Translations under genes and position numbers: made by a program
Source: Auanema rhodensis
Lineage: Eukaryota > Animalia > Nematoda
Assembly (NCBI GenBank): GCA_964057225.1
Contig: OZ059896.1
Coordinates: 12,958,001 to 13,022,000, forward strand
Direction: 5' to 3'
Length of the DNA stretch: 64,000 bases
Shown here: positions 58,062 to 64,000 of the stretch, piece by piece
How the letters are laid out: every line of letters starts with the position of its first letter
Numbering within the stretch: the first letter of the stretch is position 1
The notes under the pieces: model-generated
Database searches by the model: none
Told to the model about the DNA's origin: nothing
Seen by the model: only the letters and a program-made list of their open reading frames with translations

Positions 58062-59117
58062 ATGTCAGTTGTAACAAAAGATTTTTTTACTGAAACACTT
58101 GATGTTCTTTCCAAATCTCTTCGTGATTCTTTTTCACAACTTTCAGCTGAAATTAAAAGCGAGCTGAACAACATTAAAACCAATGTTGCGGCTAATGAAA
58201 TGCGTATTAAAAATCTCGAAGACGATTTTAAGTTACGTATTGAGGGTTTAGAAAAGAAATTTCTCAATGTATCAAAATCTATTGTTACTTCTACCTCTCA
58301 ATCATCCTCTTCTACTGTTCTGTGTCAGGTTCAAAAAGTTAGATCTGAGGAGTCAAAGTTTTCCTATCGTTTGAATAGAGCGGTGTGGTTTCGTGTTCCC
58401 CACGACTCATCCGAACTACCCTCGGACCCCACTTCTCTCCTAAAACTTGTCGTTGAAAAATCTAACGACTCTACTTTGACTTCTCTCATTAACAGCAACC
58501 AAATTACTATAACCCGTTCAACTCTAAAATCTAAATCTCTTGGTCCTCTTGTAATTTCATGTTCAACAGTTGATTTACGTGATAAAATTATTGATATCAT
58601 TAAGTCCAACAAAGCGAAATGCTTTGCTTGTTTGTCAAAAACTTTTATTCGCCGCGACTATCTTCCTTTCGAGGTAGAAATAGAAAAAAAACTACGTGAG
58701 GAAGCTAAAAATAAAAATCTGGACAATGATGAATCAATTTACCTTGTACGCGACCTTAAACTTATCAAAGTTCTTCGTAAACCAACTTCACCCTCTATTC
58801 ATGTGTTCTCAAACATTAATGTTTCTCAAAATGTCTCCAGTCTCTGTCCTGTGGTCCAAAACGACCCTATCGTTTCTTGTCCGTCTGTGTCCGACACTGT
58901 TGTAATATCTAGTCCGCCTTCTAAATCTGGTAGGAATAGCCGCTCAGCGGGTAGATCCAAACCTCTTTCTACGGTTGAGAGATTTTCAATCAGCCCCAGA
59001 AAGAGGAAAAATCCCCCACGCTGTACTAAAACCAATTCCGAGTACCATACCAGATCTAAAAGCGGTTCTAATATAACATCTCAACCTGAGTCTGATACGA
59101 ACAGGTTATTTCGTTAA
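58062..59117 (+). CDS. LINE ORF1 protein, 351 aa (coiled coil, probable RRM/CTD-like nucleic-acid-binding region, basic S/R/P-rich tail)
   Basis: First in-frame ATG is at 58062 (MSVVTKDFF) and the stop is TAA 59115-59117. It has a heptad-like segment (LSAEIKSELNNIKTNVAANEMRIKNLEDDFKLRIEGLEKK). RLNRAVWFRVP, GPLVISC and FIRRDYLPFE loosely resemble the motif order of L1/Transposase_22-like ORF1p. NLS-like SPRKRK. No CCHC knuckle seen. Domain identity is an inference. Confidence 0.85.
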   Translation: MSVVTKDFFTETLDVLSKSLRDSFSQLSAEIKSELNNIKTNVAANEMRIKNLEDDFKLRIEGLEKKFLNVSKSIVTSTSQSSSSTVLCQVQKVRSEESKFSYRLNRAVWFRVPHDSSELPSDPTSLLKLVVEKSNDSTLTSLINSNQITITRSTLKSKSLGPLVISCSTVDLRDKIIDIIKSNKAKCFACLSKTFIRRDYLPFEVEIEKKLREEAKNKNLDNDESIYLVRDLKLIKVLRKPTSPSIHVFSNINVSQNVSSLCPVVQNDPIVSCPSVSDTVVISSPPSKSGRNSRSAGRSKPLSTVERFSISPRKRKNPPRCTKTNSEYHTRSKSGSNITSQPESDTNRLFR

Positions 59118-61950
59118 GGCTTCACAACCTTCTACTACGTCCAGTTCCTGTGTCCCTGTTAATTTTTCTGTTCATTGTTATAATGCACGCTCTATTCTCA
59201 ACAAATTTCATTTTCTTACTACTATCCATAATATTTCATCTCCTGATATCATTGCTATATCAGAATCCTGGCTTTTTTCCAATTTCAACTCTAATCATAT
59301 TCCGCTCGGTAACTATTACAATCTATTCAGAGCCGACAAGTGTACAGCCCGTGGCGGCGGCACTCTTATCTTTATCAAAAAATCAATTAACTCTACCTTA
59401 CTTTCTTGTTCTTCTCAACTTTCTTCTGTTCAATACATCAACATACTCATTACTTCAATTAACACAGTCTTTTCTGTCTGCTACCGTTCTCCTTCTTCTC
59501 TTCATTCCGACTTTTCCTTTTATCTTTCTGATCTTTCTAGTCATATAAAAGCCCGTTCATTTCTCATCACGGGTGATCTCAACTTTCCTTACATCAACTG
59601 GGACCTCTGCGAATCTTCACGCCCCTCTCCCTCCAGTATGTCTATCTTTCAGTTTTTAAAAGATAACTATTCGGATCAACTGGTTAACTTTCCTACTCGG
59701 GGTAAACATATTCTAGACTACATCATCACAAATAACCCTGCTATGGTTAAAAACATACTCCGTTCTTCCCCTTTAGGTAACTCGGATCACTACTCTGTCA
59801 TCTTCTCCATATTCAACAATTCTTGCGTACCTGGATCTGGCTCACTTCCTTCTTCCGTTCTCCTCCACAACAGTTCTTCTCTGTCAAATTTTTCTCAGCT
59901 TAATTTTCATCGTGCTGATTACAATATTATTAATCATTACTTGGCCAGTATCAATTTTGCTACTGAACTTTCTGATCTAACTCCTCTGGACTCCTATACT
60001 AAGTTTATTGAAATTATTCACTCAGTTATCAAAAGGTTTGTTCCCTATAAACAGTCCAAACAAAAAAGCAAAGTCGATAAAGAAATTGCTAGTCTCTCAA
60101 ATTTCATCAACAGACTCAGCTCATCTATTTGTCCTCGAGATGAACTCTATCGTAAAAAATTGACTGTCAAGCTTGACAGGCTTCTTAAGCTTAAATCAGC
60201 GTCCGAAGAAAAAAAAACCGCCGCTCTCAGCAACCCTACAATTTTTTATCGATTCTGTAGAGCCCGTCTTGGAGCATCTACTTCAGATATCCCTACCATC
60301 AAATGTGAAGACAACATCTACTCATCCGACAGAGATAAAGCATCTGTATTCGCAAATACTTTCTTTGTCGAACCAGGTTCTTCATTCAACAAAATTAAAT
60401 ACCCCTCTGCAACTCCCTCCATTATTGATTTTATAGATATTTCTCCGGATAAGGTCTACAAAGTTCTTTCACATCTTCCGCTCAGAGTCTCAACTTCTCC
60501 GGATGGAATTCCTTACTACTTCCTCAAACAATGCGCTACTTCTCTCACTCTTCCTCTTGCTTTTATTTTTCACAATCTTCTTGTTTCTTTAACTTGTCCT
60601 CTTGCCTGGAAAAAAGCCTGGATTCGTCCAATCTTTAAATCCGGCAACCGCTCTACCCCTTCAAATTACCGTCCCATTTCTCTAACCCCTAGTCTCTCCA
60701 AAGTTTTTGAGCGTCTCATTAGCGCTCCCCTTCTTCACTTCGGCATTTCCACGGGCTCAATATCTTCAAACCAACACGCTTTCCTTCCCGGGCGTAATAC
60801 TGTTTCAGCTATAACCAGCAGTCACATTGCTTGGAGATCTTCGATTGACAAAAACATCCCAGTTTTTGTTGCATTCATCGATTTTTCCAAAGCATTTGAC
60901 CTAATTAACCACTCTATTCTTATCCACAAACTTCATTCCACTGGTGTTCGGGGCCCTCTCTTATCCTTTCTCAAAAACTTTATTACAAACAGGTCATTTT
61001 CGGTTTTGGTTAATAACTCTCTCTCCAACTCCACTAATTTATTATGTGGTGTTCCTCAAGGGACTGTCTTGGGTCCTCTTCTTTTTCTTTTTTACATCAA
61101 CGACATCAGTTCTACACTTCCCGATGATGTCCACTCCACTTTATTCGCTGACGACCTTAAACTGTACAGCACCAATCCGGTAAGTCTGCAAACTGCTCTA
61201 AACTCTCTCAATGAGTGGTGCAACAACAACGGAATGAGAGTCAACATCAATAAAACTAAAATAATGGTCATCTCTGACGACCACTCATTCCGAAACAACG
61301 AGGAAATGTTTACTTTTGGTGAGTTTTCCCTGTCTTTGGCTTCCAGCTATAAAGACCTTGGGGTTTTCACTGATCACAACCTTACTTTTGGTAGTCATAT
61401 TAACACTATCAGCAACTTGGCAGCTCAAAAATGCCGCACCATTCTGCGCTGTTTCCATTCCAGATCCCCGACTCTAATGTTTAGACTTTTTTGTTGTTAT
61501 GTCCGCCCCATTCTCGAATACGCATCAGTAGTATGGTCACCTCAAGATGAAAAAAACAAAAGCCGTATCGAGAACGTTCAGAAAAAGTTTTTACGAGCTG
61601 TTTTCTGTAGAGCAGGTACCTTTTGCAGTTATTCCGATCAGCTCGGCATACTGCAGGCTCAGGAATTATCAACCAGACGCTTGGTAACCGATCTGATATT
61701 TTACTTCAACCATATAAAAGACTCAAATACCGAGTTACATTCTAGAATTTTTACTATCAAAAAGTTTTCTCACTCCCTTCGTAGGCACCAATGGAATATC
61801 GACTTTCCTAATCTTCGAAAAAACGCATCAAGAAATGGAATCGAATACAGAGCGATCAAGACATGGAATTCCTTACCCGACAACTTGATTAACCTTGAGA
61901 AAACCGAAAGCTTCAGAAAACACCTCTACAATACTCTACAAACTCCATAA
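59077..61950 (+). CDS. LINE ORF2: apurinic-like endonuclease + reverse transcriptase. Open frame of 957 codons stop-to-stop; the first ATG (59638) lies inside the endonuclease domain
   Basis: Manual translation shows the frame is open from 59077, after TAA 59074-59076. APE motifs: YNARS (59179), IAISESW, RGGG, CYRSP, GDLN, PTR, LDY, SDH. RT motifs: NYRPISL, QHAF, FIDFSKAFD, GVPQGTVLGPLLF, FADD (61144-61155), YKDLGV. No internal stop or frameshift. Confidence 0.95.
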   Translation, partial: HLNLSLIRTGYFVKASQPSTTSSSCVPVNFSVHCYNARSILNKFHFLTTIHNISSPDIIAISESWLFSNFNSNHIPLGNYYNLFRADKCTARGGGTLIFIKKSINSTLLSCSSQLSSVQYINILITSINTVFSVCYRSPSSLHSDFSFYLSDLSSHIKARSFLITGDLNFPYINWDLCESSRPSPSSMSIFQFLKDNYSDQLVNFPTRGKHILDYIITNNPAMVKNILRSSPLGNSDHYSVIFSIFNNSCVPGSGSLPSSVLLHNSSSLSNFSQLNFHRADYNIINHYLASINFATELSDLTPLDSYTKFIEIIHSVIKRFVPYKQSKQKSKVDKEIASLSNFINRLSSSICPRDELYRKKLTVKLDRLLKLKSASEEKKTAALSNPTIFYRFCRARLGASTSDIPTIKCEDNIYSSDRDKASVFANTFFVEPGSSFNKIKYPSATPSIIDFIDISPDKVYKVLSHLPLRVSTSPDGIPYYFLKQCATSLTLPLAFIFHNLLVSLTCPLAWKKAWIRPIFKSGNRSTPSNYRPISLTPSLSKVFERLISAPLLHFGISTGSISSNQHAFLPGRNTVSAITSSHIAWRSSIDKNIPVFVAFIDFSKAFDLINHSILIHKLHSTGVRGPLLSFLKNFITNRSFSVLVNNSLSNSTNLLCGVPQGTVLGPLLFLFYINDISSTLPDDVHSTLFADDLKLYSTNPVSLQTALNSLNEWCNNNGMRVNINKTKIMVISDDHSFRNNEEMFTFGEFSLSLASSYKDLGVFTDHNLTFGSHINTISNLAAQKCRTILRCFHSRSPTLMFRLFCCYVRPILEYASVVWSPQDEKNKSRIENVQKKFLRAVFCRAGTFCSYSDQLGILQAQELSTRRLVTDLIFYFNHIKDSNTELHSRIFTIKKFSHSLRRHQWNIDFPNLRKNASRNGIEYRAIKTWNSLPDNLINLEKTESFRKHLYNTLQTP
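59109..59117 (+). promoter_or_regulatory. Candidate +1 programmed ribosomal frameshift site TTT_CGT_TAA joining ORF1 to ORF2
   Basis: The last ORF1 codons are TTT CGT TAA, and the +1 frame (TTC GTT AAG) is the ORF2 frame. This matches the UUU_CGN +1 slip motif. Function is untested. Confidence 0.55.
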
Positions 61951-62150
61951 TATGATCTAAATAATTAATACGAGTGTTAATTTGTTCACTTTTCATTTTG
62001 TTAATTATTTCTCTTTCCATAGTCATAACCTTGTTCTGTTTTTCTGTTCGTGACAATTGGCAACAGTTTCCTATTTTCATCCCTTCTTTACTCCTTTGTT
62101 ACTTCGTTTCATATCTTATAGACATGAGTCATACGGATTGAACGCAAGTT

Positions 62151-62237
62151 ATCTCCTATTGTTAGAACGGGCTCGGCTCAACTTATGAGTACCTCCGTAC
62201 CTAACAACTACCAACAGGAGATCAGCTTTTATGCTGA
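62151..62237 (+). other. Predicted long stem-loop plus adjacent small hairpin in the LINE 3' UTR
   Basis: Nested pairings: ATCTCCT 62151-57 with AGGAGAT 62216-22; TTGTTAG 62159-65 with CTAACAA 62201-07; ACGG 62167-70 with CCGT 62195-98; CTCA 62177-80 with TGAG 62186-89. Then TCAGC 62222-26 with GCTGA 62233-37. Confidence 0.65.
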
Positions 62238-62404
62238 ACAAACCCCCTGTTTTCTGAAAAAAAAAGGAACTGCTTACAAATATTCACTCTCAGATTAACT
62301 TATTATTTTTATCCACCCTTCATTTTTTTCAATGTTCTTATTGTATGGCTCTTACTCATGTAACTTCTCATTTGTACTAATACCGTTTAGCCTGTAATAC
62401 TGAA

Positions 62405-62420
62405 CAATAAACCAATAAAC
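62405..62420 (+). repeat. 3' terminal 8-bp repeat (CAATAAAC)2 containing two AATAAA hexamers
   Basis: Sequence reads TGAA-CAATAAAC-CAATAAAC-GTGTACA. No poly(A) follows. Confidence 0.85.
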
Positions 62421-62423
62421 GTG
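62419..62423 (+). repeat. Right copy of target-site duplication (ACGTG)
   Basis: Duplicates 57672-57676 and overlaps the last 2 nt of the second CAATAAAC unit. Confidence 0.8.
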
Positions 62424-64000
62424 TACAATTAATTAGCATAAATTAAAGTTCACGTAAATTTCAAAGTCATAGTTACCATGCACCAATATCAATAAAAATT
62501 TGTTCTTAGATTAATATGGACATGGGTAATCTAATTTTGAAAACCGCATCTCTTTATCTTTAACGGGAAGCGAGTTACATACCATGTGCACATCACGTGT
62601 ACAATTAATTAGCATAAATTAAAGTTCACGTAAATTTCAAAGTCATATTACCATGCACCAATATCAATAAAACTTTGTTCTCAGACTAATATGGACATGG
62701 GTAATCTAATTTTGAGAACCGCATTTCTTTATCTTTCACGGGAAGCGAGTTACATACCATGTGCACACCACGTGTACAATTAATTAGCATAAATTGAAGT
62801 TCACGTAAAGTTCAAAGTCATGGTTACCATGTATCAATAAAAATTTGTTATTAGACTAATATTGACATGAGGAATCTAATTTTGAAAACCGCATCTCTTT
62901 ATCTTTAACGGGAAGCGAGTTACCTACCATGTGCACAACACGTGTACAATTAATTAGCATAAATTAAACTTCACGTAAACTTCAAAGTCCCGGTTACCAT
63001 GCACCAATATCAATAAAACTTTGTTCTCAGACTAATATGGACATGGGTAATCTAATTTTGAGAACCGCATTTCTTTATCTTTCACAGGAAGCGAGTTACA
63101 TACCATGTGCACATTACGTGTACAATTAATTAGCATAAATTAAAGTTCACGTAAATTTCAAAGTCATGGTTACCATGCACCAATATCAATAAAAATTTCT
63201 TATTAGGCTAAAATGGACATGAGGAATCTAATTTTGAGAACCGCATTTCTTTATCTTTCACGGGAAGCGAGTTACATACCATGTGCACATCACGTGTACA
63301 ATTAATTAGCATAAATTAAAGTTCACGTAAATTTCAAAGTCATGGTTACCATTCACCAATATCAATAAAAATTTGTTCGTAGACTAATATGGACATGGGT
63401 AATCTAATTTTGAAAACCGCATCTCTTTATCTTTCACGTGAAGCGAGTTACATACCAAGTGCACATCACGTGTACATTTAATTAGCATAAATTAAAGTTC
63501 ACGTAAATTTCAAAGTCATGGTTACCATGCACCAATATCAATAAAAATTTGTTTTTAGACTAATATGGACATGGGTAATCTAATTTTGAAAACCGCATCT
63601 CTTTATCTTTAACGGGAAGCGAGTTACATACCATGTGCACATCACGTGTACAATTAATTAGCATAAATTAAAGTTCACGTAAATTTCAAAGTCATGGTTA
63701 CCATGTATCAATAAAAATTTGTTATTAGACTAATATAGACATGAGGAATCTAATTTTGAAAATCGCATCTCTTTATCTTTAACGGGAAGCGAGTTACATA
63801 CCATGTGCACATCACGTGTACAATTAATTAGCATAAATTAAAGTTCACGTTAATTTCAAAGTCATGGTTGCCATGCACCAATATCAATAAAATTTTGTTC
63901 TTAGACTAATATGGACATGGGTAATCTAATTTTGAAAACCGCATTTCTTTATCTTTCACGGGAAGCGAGTTACATACCATGTGCACATCACGTGTACAAT
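62419..64000. repeat. Same 176-bp satellite array resuming after the LINE (~9 copies); continues beyond the window end
   Basis: ACGTGTACAATTAATTAGC at 62419 continues the monomer interrupted at 57676, in the same orientation and phase. Confidence 0.99.

Larger units (their letters stand above)
57677..62418 (+). mobile_element. Apparently full-length non-LTR retrotransposon (LINE), APE-RT type, probably CR1 clade (CR1/L2 group), 4742 bp
   Basis: Layout is 5' UTR, ORF1, ORF2 (APE endonuclease + RT), ~470-nt 3' UTR, then a short tandem-repeat tail (CAATAAAC)2 with no poly(A). There are no LTRs, RNase H or integrase motifs. Flanked by an ACGTG duplication. The post-RT motif YVRPILEYASVVWSP...IENVQKKF and the 8-bp 3' repeat resemble CR1-type elements. 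The clade is inferred from motifs, not from a tree. Confidence 0.95.

Noticed and set aside
59150-59548. 132-aa hydrophobic ORF and other short ORFs overlapping ORF1/ORF2 on either strand
   Set aside because: Shadow frames of T/C-rich coding sequence. The motif-bearing frame is a different one.
59638-61950. ORF2 starting at ATG 59638 (770 aa)
   Set aside because: This start would omit most of the endonuclease. The frame and APE motifs extend upstream to 59077.
62117-62128. 12-mer TATAGACATGAG shared by the LINE 3' UTR and the 170-bp monomer
   Set aside because: The match does not extend. One AT-rich 12-mer between 4.7 kb and a set of monomer variants is plausible by chance and does not support a LINE origin for the satellite.

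Overview
Eukaryotic, AT-rich satellite DNA. About 59 kb of the window is one head-to-tail tandem array of a 176-bp monomer (roughly 340 copies; length variants of 170, 175 and 177 bp). The array is organised into nested higher-order duplications of 3-41 monomers, with a looser 24-34 kb recurrence above that. It is interrupted once (57677-62418, + strand, 4742 bp) by an apparently full-length, intact non-LTR retrotransposon (APE endonuclease + RT, most like the CR1 clade). The element sits at the palindromic CACGTG of a monomer with an ACGTG target-site duplication. It has an 18-bp GC-rich 5' tandem repeat, a 351-aa coiled-coil ORF1, an ORF2 frame open for 957 codons, a structured 3' UTR and a (CAATAAAC)2 tail. 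The most notable observation is that ORF2 has no AUG ahead of its endonuclease domain, overlaps ORF1 in the +1 frame, and ORF1 ends TTT_CGT_TAA. UUU_CGN is the +1 ribosomal frameshift motif known from influenza PA-X and amalgaviruses, which suggests a ~1295-aa ORF1-EN-RT fusion protein. The host species and any centromeric role of the satellite cannot be determined from the sequence alone.
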